The notes under the pieces: generated by a model
Seen by the model: only the letters and a program-made list of their open reading frames with translations
The model's database searches: none
Told to the model about the DNA's origin: nothing
Translations under genes and position numbers: made by a program
Virus record (IMG/VR): IMGVR_UViG_3300012344_000009
Coordinates: 1-23,403 of that record
Length of the DNA stretch: 23,403 nt
Reading direction: 5' to 3' (one strand)
DNA from: a virus
Part shown: positions 1 to 6,835 of the stretch, one piece after another
Numbering within the stretch: the first letter of the stretch is position 1
How the letters are laid out: every line of letters starts with the position of its first letter

Positions 1-78
1 ATAGCGCTGGTAGATAAAGATAACAGCAATTTTATTTCTTATCTTTTGAATGACACGATAGAATACAACGGCGGTTTA
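1..78. repeat. Terminal overlap copy 1 (identical to 23326-23403), marking circular closure of the contig
   Basis: Bases 1-78 (ATAGCGCTGGTAGATAAAGATAAC...GGCGGTTTA) recur exactly at 23326-23403. One open reading frame runs through both copies. The unique length is therefore 23,325 bp. Confidence 0.9.
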
Positions 79-675
79 ATAGAAAAAACTCTTTGGAAGT
101 ATGACGAGAACATGACAGAGACAGAGAGCAACCCCACAAGTTTAGGCGATTTATTGAAGCAAACTTATGCGCGCGTGGACAAGCAGAATAAAACGATTGA
201 GTTAGTAGTTAGCAAAACGGAAGAGTTAGAGCAGAAAACTTCCTCTATCAAACTCTCTACCGACGAAATCAATATGGAAGTAAAGAAAAACCAACAAATT
301 ACAAACGGCAAAATTGAAGATGTGAATTCTACTCTCCAAGAGATAGAGAAAAAAGTAAATACGTCCATTACTGCCGATGATGTGAAAATTCTTATAGAGC
401 AAAACATAGGAACGACGGACAAAGTTAAAACCTCTACGGGTTTTACCTTTAATGAAGATGGATTAAACATAACGAAAAGCAATAGCGATTTTTCCACAAT
501 AATTGATGAGGATGGTATGACAATCAAGAACAAAAGTAAAGTGATGCTTGAAGTTAATAATATGGGCGTTGATGCTATTAACCTTACCGCTTCCCAATAT
601 TTAAGAGTAGGAAACACGCGATTTGAAGATTATAAAAATAAGAAGCGCACGGGCGCTTTTTGGGTAGGAGGTTAA
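1..675 (+). CDS. Tail-associated protein (Tal-like / prophage tail endopeptidase-type), 3' part of the gene starting at 22444
   Basis: Frame 1 is open from base 1 and continues the frame of 22444-23403 across the circular junction. It stops at TAA 673-675. The joined product is 518 aa. It sits directly after the tape measure and a small Dit-position gene and has a coiled-coil segment (KTEELEQKTSSIKL...). The family call is from visual similarity only. Confidence 0.7.
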   Translation: MALVDKDNSNFISYLLNDTIEYNGGLIEKTLWKYDENMTETESNPTSLGDLLKQTYARVDKQNKTIELVVSKTEELEQKTSSIKLSTDEINMEVKKNQQITNGKIEDVNSTLQEIEKKVNTSITADDVKILIEQNIGTTDKVKTSTGFTFNEDGLNITKSNSDFSTIIDEDGMTIKNKSKVMLEVNNMGVDAINLTASQYLRVGNTRFEDYKNKKRTGAFWVGG

Positions 676-681
676 TAATTA

Positions 682-2325
682 ATGGCTACAACTTTTAGCG
701 CCGGTTTAGTAGATGGCGGTAGATACCCGCTTAATACCGGCACGTTATATGCGTGTCGTTGTAATTATGGCGCGTCCTTAACGTATCAGCAAGTGATTAA
801 AGATGATGGTAAATACATTCGCGTAGTTGTTAGCGGAACTTATAGCGTTAGTTATAAATCCCTATCGGGTTATGTGATGAAAGCGCCCAACAATTATACA
901 TTTACTGTTTAGGACGTGAGTAGCAACCGCTACGATAGCGCGGAACACTCTATTGTTAACGGCTCATACACCTATGAATATAAATATGATACGTTATCAG
1001 CCCTAACTTTTAAATATCGTATCTATGCTTGGTGTCAATGCGTCCCGCAATACGCCGGTAAAGAAGCAAGCGATTATATAGAGTGCGTGCCTTCTACAAC
1101 AATAGGTGTTAGCGCCATTAGCGCAAGTAGCGCCGATATAGGCAAAGCAACCCGTATCACAATTACAAAAATGGATGATAGTTATACTGATAACCTCTAC
1201 TATACGGTTAACGGCACTAAAACGCTTATCGCGCAAAACGTATCAAGCCCGTATGATTGGGTTTTACCTACTTCTCTCTTCTCTCTCTTGGGCAGTAGCG
1301 CGCGCTCTATCTCTATAAGGTTATCAGTAGAGACGTTCAGCGGATCGGTAAGCCTTGGAACAGATGTAGTAGATATAAACGGATTGGCGGCGGAGGCTGA
1401 TTGTAAACCAACCTTAAATCCGCTATTAACCGTTCTCAATCCGCAAACTACGTTAACCGGTAATTCTACTACCGGTATCGTAGGTTTTAATAAAGTAAAC
1501 GTAAAACCGCAAGCAACAGCGCGTTATAACGCTACCATTACCTCTATCACCACGAAACATAATGGAAATTCCAAGAGTGGAGAAGAAGTAGAGTTTGATT
1601 TAGGTAATGATACTTTTACAATTACCGTTGTAGATAGCCGCGGTTTTAGCGCTTCAATCACTAAATCAGTTCCGCTTGTTAATTGGTTTAAGCCTACTCT
1701 TACTTTTAGCGCCGAAAATCCCGACGCAACAGATAACAGTTGTAAAATAAGCGCGTCTGGCTCATTCTTTAATTCCTCTTTTGGCGCAGTAGCCAATACG
1801 TTATCTATTTAGGTGCGCTGGAAAACCGGGAGCAATGAGTATAGCGAGTGGGTAAACGCTACTACAACACTAAATAGCAATTCATACACTTCAACGTATA
1901 CCGCCACGTTAGATTATACGAAGCAATGGACAATTCAAGTTAGGGCAGTAGATAAACTAACTACTATTTTAGGAAAAGAGATAATAGTAAATACACTACC
2001 CGTTTTCGATTGGAGCGCTACCGATTTTAATTTTAACGTGCCGGTTATGATACAAGCCTCTGCCCCCGGATTAATTGTAAAATCTCCAACAGGAGGATTA
2101 AGCGGGCTAAGAACTGAAAACGTAAACACGGGAAGTGCTATGTTTGTTGGAAATGAACACGATGGTAAAATACACGGTATATATTCCTACGCGCAAGGGG
2201 TATGGTTAATCCATAGCGACGGAACGAATTGCTATATATGCGGGAATAAAGTTCGTAAAATCACAACCGGCACGGCTACGCCTTCCGGTGGTAGTGATGG
2301 CGATATTTATTTTCAATATACGTGA
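682..2325 (+). CDS. Tail fibre / host-specificity protein (DUF859-like siphovirus protein), 547 aa with TAG read as sense
   Basis: ATG 682 follows GGAGG. ORF-track pieces 682-912, 916-1812 and 1813-2325 share frame 1 and are separated only by TAG (910-912, 1810-1812). It ends at TGA 2323-2325. The sequence is Ser/Thr/Asn-rich and beta-type, in the tail-fibre position. Confidence 0.6.
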
Positions 2326-2335
2326 GGTGGGCTAA

Positions 2336-2944
2336 ATGGGAACTTGGAGCGCAAGCGCGCCAACTAATCTTGCTACCTCTTGGACAAAAGTAGGCGAAAC
2401 AAGCGCTATTAACTGCTACTATTGTATTAGATATAGGCAAGATGGAGCGTGGCACAACAATTGGTTTTACTACGTTATGAAAGTTGTAGGCTATACAGCG
2501 CGCACGACAAGTAATTAGGCAGTTCAATGTATTGAATTATATGTTAACGATGGCAACACCGATATAGGCTTATCATTTTACCCCGTAGCAACTGATAGCA
2601 CAGGGGAAGTAGTGGGTGAGTATATTCTTAACTCACCGCACACTTCCTCTTTAACGAAAATTGCTACGCGCTATTATACCACTACGAATAATAAAACCCC
2701 TGATACATTAACTTTTGGTGTATATACTTCCGCATACACAAGCCGCGGCCCTTCCGTTGGTAGTGTAGGCGATAAAGTGCGTATCAATGCGCGCGTATCG
2801 GGCAGTAGCCCCGTCATTAAAGGCGCTACACCTTGGGTTAATATAAGTGGAACTTGGAAGTAGTGTATTGCTTGGGAAAATGTAGGAGGCACTTGGAAAA
2901 CAGTTTTACCGTATATAAATAGTGGAGGCACTTGGAGGTAGTAA
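2336..2944 (+). CDS. Tail fibre-associated protein with C-terminal GGTWK 13-aa repeats, 202 aa
   Basis: ATG 2336 follows GAGGTGG. Pieces 2336-2518 and 2612-2863 are in one frame, joined through TAG 2516, 2861 and 2939. The gene ends ...TGG AGG TAG TAA, with the true stop at TAA 2942-2944. The C-terminus reads ISGTWKQCIAWENVGGTWKTVLPYINSGGTWRQ. Confidence 0.7.
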
Positions 2945-2946
2945 AG

Positions 2947-3180
2947 ATGGATTTTCAACCGATATTAGAGGCAGTTTTTTAGCAAGGTATTTGGTGCGCG
3001 TTGTTCGTGTGGCTTTTTTATGATAGCCGAAAACGGAGCGAAGAACGCGAAGAAAAGTTATATACAATTATCACAGAACAAAAAAGTATTTTAACGCAAA
3101 TTTCCAACTCGCTTATCTTAATGGACGAACGAATTGGGAAATTAGAAAATACGCTTTTAGGAGGAAAAGGTAATGATTGA
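2947..3180 (+). CDS. BhlA/UviB-family holin-like protein, 77 aa
   Basis: Translation: MDFQPILEAVF(TAG)QGIWCALFVWLFYDSRKRSEEREEKLYTIITEQKSILTQISN... It has an N-terminal TM helix followed by a charged coiled coil, the pattern I recall for BhlA (QGPFAVLFCWLLFY..SKERESKLY). One TAG at 2980-2982. Stop at TGA 3178-3180. Confidence 0.75.
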
Positions 3181-3370
3181 TTGGAAAAGAGTTTTACGCA
3201 CATTAGTTCAATCCGCTGCGGGCGCGGGTATCGCCCTTATCACGGCGGTTTCGTAGGATTGGAGCAAACAGAGCCTTATTTCTGCGGGAATTACATTTGC
3301 TTCTACCGTTGTTATTGCCGTTCTTATGAACATCAAGGGACAGGTTGAGGACGATGAAACAACTAACTGA
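3173..3370 (+). CDS. Holin (two TM segments, phage holin 4-like), 65 aa
   Basis: ATG 3173 follows GGAGGAAAAGG and overlaps the stop of the previous gene. Translation: MIDWKRVLRTLVQSAAGAGIALITAVS(TAG)DWSKQSLISAGITFASTVVIAVLMNIKGQVEDDETTN. TAG at 3254-3256. Stop at TGA 3368-3370. Confidence 0.75.
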
Positions 3371-3980
3371 ATGGTTTAAGGCGCAAGTAGGTATCCAAGA
3401 GAAGGAAGAAAATAATGTTATCTATAATACTATCTACTATGGGCGCGAAGTGAGCGGAGATAATTTCCCGTGGTGTTGCGCGTTTATATGGGTAGGATTT
3501 AATGAGAACAATATGAGTAGCCTTTTTTGCGGAGGCACTAAAACCGCCTATTGCCCGTTCGTAGTTCATTGGGCGCGCACGCATAACCAATGGATAACGA
3601 GCGGATACCGCGAAGGGGATTTAATTCTTTTTGATTGGGATAGCGACGGCGTAGCGGATCACATTGGTTATTGTATTGGCGTAAACGGCAATACGGTTAT
3701 CGCGATTGAGGGAAACGCCGGTGATAAGGTTAGTTAGTGCTACCGCGTAGATAATATTATGGGCGCGTATCGTCCCGCATACCCAACCGAACAACCGCCT
3801 ATAACTCTTCCTGTCCTTGAAGATGAATACATCGTTAAGGCTGGTGATAGCCTATGGAGTATTGCCGAGAGGTATTTGGGAAGCGGGTTAAAGTGGCAAG
3901 AAATTTATAATTTTAACAACCTAAATAGCACAACAATTTTGATTGGATAGAAACTAAAATTACCGAAAAGAGAGGGGTAA
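3354..3980 (+). CDS. Endolysin: N-terminal CHAP-type peptidase plus C-terminal LysM, 208 aa
   Basis: The catalytic Cys context is FPWCCAFIW and the His context is DHIGY, followed by IAIEGN. The C-terminal LysM reads YIVKAGDSLWSIAERYLGSGLKWQEIYNFNNLNSTTILIG(TAG)KLKLP. TAGs at 3735-3737 and 3948-3950 join ORFs 3345-3737 and 3759-3950. Stop at TAA 3978-3980. The start could alternatively be TTG 3345. Confidence 0.85.
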
Positions 3981-3994
3981 AATCCTCTCTTTTT
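3969..3994 (+). terminator. Rho-independent terminator after the lysis cassette
   Basis: Stem AGAGAGG (3969-3975) pairs with CCTCTCT (3984-3990), with an 8-nt loop and then TTTT. It overlaps the endolysin stop codon. Confidence 0.7.
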
Positions 3995-4102
3995 CATTAA
4001 TAAAATCAGCGTGCCACATTGAAAATAATCAGGGGGACAGAATTTGAAAAGTGCTGATTTTTCAATGGTTTGTGGATTTTTTGAAAAGCCGTTTTAGAAA
4101 AC

Positions 4103-4152
4103 GCTGATTCGTAATCAGCAGGTCGTGTGTTCGAGTCACATTGCCAGCTCCA
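4103..4152 (+). other. 3' portion of a tRNA-Thr(CGU) gene (positions ~27-76 incl. CCA); putative attP core
   Basis: Layout: GCTGA-TTCGTAA-TCAGC (anticodon arm, anticodon CGT), AGGTC (variable), GTGTG-TTCGAGT-CACAT (T arm), TGCCAGC (acceptor 3' strand), T, CCA. No complementary 5' acceptor strand (GCTGGCA) or D arm lies upstream, so this is a fragment and not a gene. It lies 118 nt upstream of the integrase. Confidence 0.75.
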
Positions 4153-4153
4153 A

Positions 4154-4185
4154 ACCCTGTATCCGTTGAGGATACAGGGTTTTTT
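4154..4185 (+). terminator. Rho-independent terminator immediately after the tRNA fragment
   Basis: An 11-bp stem ACCCTGTATCC / GGATACAGGGT with loop GTTGA, followed by TTTTT. Confidence 0.8.
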
Positions 4186-4193
4186 CTATTTTC

Positions 4194-4222
4194 TTGACAA
4201 ATTTGTCCCTCTGATTTATACT
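4194..4222 (+). promoter_or_regulatory. Sigma-A/sigma-70 type promoter for the integrase (class 'TTGACAAAT')
   Basis: TTGACA (4194-4199), a 17-nt spacer, then TATACT (4217-4222). It lies about 48 nt upstream of the int ATG, which has an AAGGAGGA RBS. Confidence 0.7.
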
Positions 4223-4269
4223 GCGAATTAAAAAGATAAGTGGGACACTTTTAAGGAGGATTTAGGGCT

Positions 4270-5277
4270 ATGCGTATCAAAATGGCGGCTGATGAAGATA
4301 GGGAATTGACAGATGTTTTAAAAGAATTTCTTACTCTTAAAGCAAGCAACAACTGCGCGCGGAAAACAATTCACAATTATGAGCAAAGTATTTTGAAACT
4401 TCAAAAGGATGAAGCCATAGAAAAAATTAGCGAACTCACCGACGAAACAATAATTGATTGGAAAAAAAGAATGTTGGATAGTTCTCTTTCCGCTTCTTCC
4501 ATTAATCATTATTTGCGAGATGTGCGCGCGTTCGTCAATTACTGTATCAGCAAGCACTACATTCCATTTTTCCAATTTGAACTTATCAAGCAACAGGAAG
4601 AAGGTATTAAGTTCCTACCAAACACCGACATAGAAAAACTTTTAGAGAAACCGCTTAAAACAGAAACCTTCCCTACTTGGCGCTCTTGGATGATTGTTAA
4701 TTGGGTTTACGCAACCGGCAACCGCGAAAGCACTATCTGTGAAGTAAGATTAAGTGATGTAGATTTTAGCGGAAGCCGTATTTATTTGCGCCACACCAAA
4801 AGCCGTAAACTACAAACTATACCCCTCTCGCGCACGCTTGCTTCCTATCTCAAAGAGTATATACGCTACTTCCGCAAAAACTGCCCGCCTACCGCCTATC
4901 TCTTCCCCTCTATTGGAGATACCAAACTAACTACTGACGGGCTACGGAGAGGCTACGCGCGCTATTGTAAAAGCAGAGGCGTTTCTAATACTTCCCTACA
5001 CGGAATACGGCACACCTTCGCGCAAGAGTGGATTAACAACAACGGCAACCTCTACCAATTACAGATTATGTTAGGACACTCTACCCCAACTATGACGCAA
5101 AAGTATTTGCGTGCGGTAGGAACTCGCTTTGATAGTTTTGAGGATTTTAACCCGCTTGATAAAGCGCGCACCGCCAGCAGGACGAAAGAAGTAGTATTAA
5201 GTGTAAGGGAGAGTATAACCAACGATAAAAACGATAATCCGCAAATCGTAGTAATTCCCCCCGAAAACGGAGAATAA
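4270..5277 (+). CDS. int: Tyrosine recombinase / phage integrase, 335 aa, no TAG
   Basis: It has an N-terminal SAM-like domain and a catalytic region with ATGNRESTICEVRLSDV, HGIRHTFAQEW and LGHSTPTMTQKYL (R...HxxR...Y pattern). The ORF is intact under the standard code. Stop at TAA 5275-5277. Confidence 0.95.
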   Translation: MRIKMAADEDRELTDVLKEFLTLKASNNCARKTIHNYEQSILKLQKDEAIEKISELTDETIIDWKKRMLDSSLSASSINHYLRDVRAFVNYCISKHYIPFFQFELIKQQEEGIKFLPNTDIEKLLEKPLKTETFPTWRSWMIVNWVYATGNRESTICEVRLSDVDFSGSRIYLRHTKSRKLQTIPLSRTLASYLKEYIRYFRKNCPPTAYLFPSIGDTKLTTDGLRRGYARYCKSRGVSNTSLHGIRHTFAQEWINNNGNLYQLQIMLGHSTPTMTQKYLRAVGTRFDSFEDFNPLDKARTASRTKEVVLSVRESITNDKNDNPQIVVIPPENGE

Positions 5278-5296
5278 ACGATTTACCCCACCAAAA

Positions 5297-5340
5297 GGAA
5301 GAGAGAAGAGTAAAAAAAAATTTGCTTTTCTCTCTTTTTT
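5297..5340 (+). terminator. Probable terminator after int
   Basis: A long imperfect hairpin: AAGAGAGA (5299-5306) pairs with TCTCTCTT (5329-5336), with further A:T/G:T pairs inside. It ends in a T-run. Confidence 0.5.
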
Positions 5341-5399
5341 GTATTTATGGTATTGCTTTTTGCGCTTGCTTGTGTTATACTATTATATTTTATATCCCA

Positions 5400-5428
5400 T
5401 TGACAAATGCGCTTTAATGTGCTATAAT
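5400..5428 (+). promoter_or_regulatory. Consensus sigma-A promoter with extended -10 (class 'TTGACAAAT')
   Basis: TTGACA (5400-5405), a 17-nt spacer, then TGcTATAAT (-10 at 5423-5428). An AT-rich upstream tract precedes it. It drives 5514-6560. Confidence 0.8.
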
Positions 5429-5513
5429 GTTAACGTAATGAGGAAGGGGAAACCTCCTCCATTCAACAAAATATGTTTAAAAATATGATTACATAAAAGG
5501 AGTAAAAAACATT

Positions 5514-5810
5514 ATGAAGAATCTTAAAGTGAAGTTTGGCGCTAACCCGTTTGGTGATACGAAGGAGGAACTGCTGAAAAATGCGGAGCGTCGTTTGGCT
5601 ACTAATTATGATGATAACGGTAGCGGTTTTAAAGTTTATCAATACATTATGGAACACGGGGACGGCTGCGTTCTGGAATACGAAGAAAATCCCTATGAGC
5701 AGAACCCCGAAGATGCTGAAATGTATTTTGGTTTAATTGCCCTTGAACATATGGGCTATATCAAGCACAAAGAAGCAAATATTATTGAGTTTCGCCCGTG
5801 CGGACGCTAA
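5514..5810 (+). CDS. Hypothetical protein, 98 aa, TAG-free
   Basis: ATG follows AAAGGAG. It is intact under the standard code. The C-terminus LIALEHMGYIKHKEANIIEFRP looks like a winged-helix wing. I recognise no family. Confidence 0.7.
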   Translation: MKNLKVKFGANPFGDTKEELLKNAERRLATNYDDNGSGFKVYQYIMEHGDGCVLEYEENPYEQNPEDAEMYFGLIALEHMGYIKHKEANIIEFRPCGR

Positions 5811-5833
5811 TTTAAAGAAAGGGATTTTAATTT

Positions 5834-6190
5834 ATGTCTAAAAAGATAATGAATAAGAAATTTGATGTATTTTATTGCGATGACAAGCGCGATAGAAGTA
5901 TTTACTGTCAAGCGTGGGAAAACCTTTATCGTAAAGGTTGGGAAGGGAACGCTGCCGTTATCTACGATGACATTTTTAAGAAAAATAAAGATAAACTTTT
6001 CCGCCCTCCGTTTAGATTTGCCTATGCTAATTATCGCTCAACTATGAGTGATGAAGAAATTACCCACGCTATCGAAGTGCTTATTAAGTGCGGTTATTTT
6101 AAGAAGTTTGACAATAAAACAGTTTATTTTTATCCCAAAGGAAACGAAGAACTTATTAATGCTTTTCTTAACGAAGAAGAAAGCGCCTAA
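5834..6190 (+). CDS. Hypothetical protein, 118 aa, TAG-free
   Basis: It is intact under the standard code. The C-terminal part reads IEVLIKCGYFKKFDNKTVYFYPKG, the same helix-G-[YF]-hairpin pattern as its neighbours. Confidence 0.7.
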   Translation: MSKKIMNKKFDVFYCDDKRDRSIYCQAWENLYRKGWEGNAAVIYDDIFKKNKDKLFRPPFRFAYANYRSTMSDEEITHAIEVLIKCGYFKKFDNKTVYFYPKGNEELINAFLNEEESA

Positions 6191-6209
6191 TTATAGAAAG
6201 GTATCAAAT

Positions 6210-6560
6210 ATGGAAAATTACGAAAAGATTTTTATTAAAGAAAACATTCACCCCGGTATGAGCGCAAAGGCACATAGAGAACTTTATGGCAGAAAGTGCT
6301 TCCTGCTTGATTTAGAGGACGAATATATATGGGATGAATACCAGAACGCAGGTAAAATCTATCAAGCAATTATTGATATGCTTCCCAATGATACGATGCT
6401 CACCCGTGAAAAAGTTAATGAAGAACTTGAAGGGCGAGAGTGGGGAACTCTTGACGAAGATGATTATGAGGTAGGGATTAATCAACTCATTGATTGGGGT
6501 TTCCTTATTGAAGAGGAAGAAACGGTTAATGATATTCCTGTAATGTGGTTTAATTGGTAA
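6210..6560 (+). CDS. Hypothetical acidic protein, 116 aa, TAG-free
   Basis: The internal ATG 6210 (MENYEKIF...) of track ORF 6048-6560 is taken as the start, because the upstream part overlaps 5834-6190 in another frame. The C-terminus reads INQLIDWGFLIEEEETVNDIPVMWFNW. Stop at TAA 6558-6560. Confidence 0.65.
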   Translation: MENYEKIFIKENIHPGMSAKAHRELYGRKCFLLDLEDEYIWDEYQNAGKIYQAIIDMLPNDTMLTREKVNEELEGREWGTLDEDDYEVGINQLIDWGFLIEEEETVNDIPVMWFNW

Positions 6561-6565
6561 TGGCG

Positions 6566-6691
6566 GACGCTGACGCGCCCGCGCCAATAGTAGGAATAAT
6601 TAAAGGGTATAATGCCCGAGACAGGTAGAAGCGCAAACGCGCTTCTTTTTTTATGCGATCCGGCGCGCCCTCTTTTCTTCCCTACTCTTGG
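6566..6691 (+). repeat. Foldback repeat element A (purine arm 6584-6607, pyrimidine arm 6668-6691) enclosing the operon terminator
   Basis: CCAATAGTAGGAATAATTAAAGGG is an imperfect reverse complement of CCCTCTTTTCTTCCCTACTCTTGG. The leader GACGCTGACGCGCCCGCGCC matches GAGCGCTAACGCGCCCCCGCC of element B at 8156. Confidence 0.6.
6627..6652 (+). terminator. Rho-independent terminator of the 5514-6560 operon
   Basis: An 8-bp stem AGAAGCGC / GCGCTTCT with loop AAAC, followed by TTTTTT. Confidence 0.85.
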
Positions 6692-6800
6692 ACAATTCCC
6701 ATTAATCGGCGTAAGCCTTTTTTCATATATCTATGGACAAAAGTGATTAAATAAATATTCACTAATTTTAGTATAATACGAGAGGAATATTCAATACCTC

Positions 6801-6829
6801 TTGACATTTATTCATTTTTGTGATATAAT
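6801..6829 (+). promoter_or_regulatory. Consensus sigma-A promoter with extended -10 (class 'TTGACATTTA...TGTGATATAATATA'), presumptive early promoter
   Basis: TTGACA (6801-6806), a 17-nt spacer, then TGaTATAAT (-10 at 6824-6829). It is near-identical to the promoter at 9242-9270. The palindrome GAATATTC (6785-6792) lies just upstream. Confidence 0.8.
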
Positions 6830-6835
6830 ATACAT

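Noticed and set aside
1-78. The 78-nt terminal direct repeat as a biological DTR or cos-type end.
   Set aside because: It lies inside a continuous tail gene. The genome has a terS/terL (pac-type) module. A short exact overlap is what circular contigs from assemblers show.
4053-4152. A possible complete or unusual tRNA, including a suppressor with anticodon CTA read from the minus strand of GTTTTAGAAAAC at 4091-4102.
   Set aside because: The 3' acceptor strand TGCCAGC has no complementary GCTGGCA upstream; GCTGATT at 4053 pairs at only 5 of 7 positions and is about 99 nt away. There is no D arm. The hairpin around TTAG has a 4-6 nt loop and not a 7-nt anticodon loop. The best reading is a tRNA-Thr 3' fragment (attP), not a functional tRNA.
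5440-5460. Small hairpin GAGGAAGGGGAAACCTCCTCC in the 5' UTR of the TAG-free operon as a riboswitch or anti-SD element.
   Set aside because: It is too short and imperfect to call. It lies about 40 nt upstream of the real SD and does not obviously sequester it.
5862-6209. Alternative-frame ORFs 5862-6047 and the 5' part of 6048-6560. Similar cases are 14100-14306, 15091-15243 and 15605-15901.
   Set aside because: They overlap better-supported genes in other frames (5834-6190, 14060-14284, scaffold, capsid), lack ribosome-binding sites and have implausible composition. For 6048-6560, only the part from ATG 6210 is kept.
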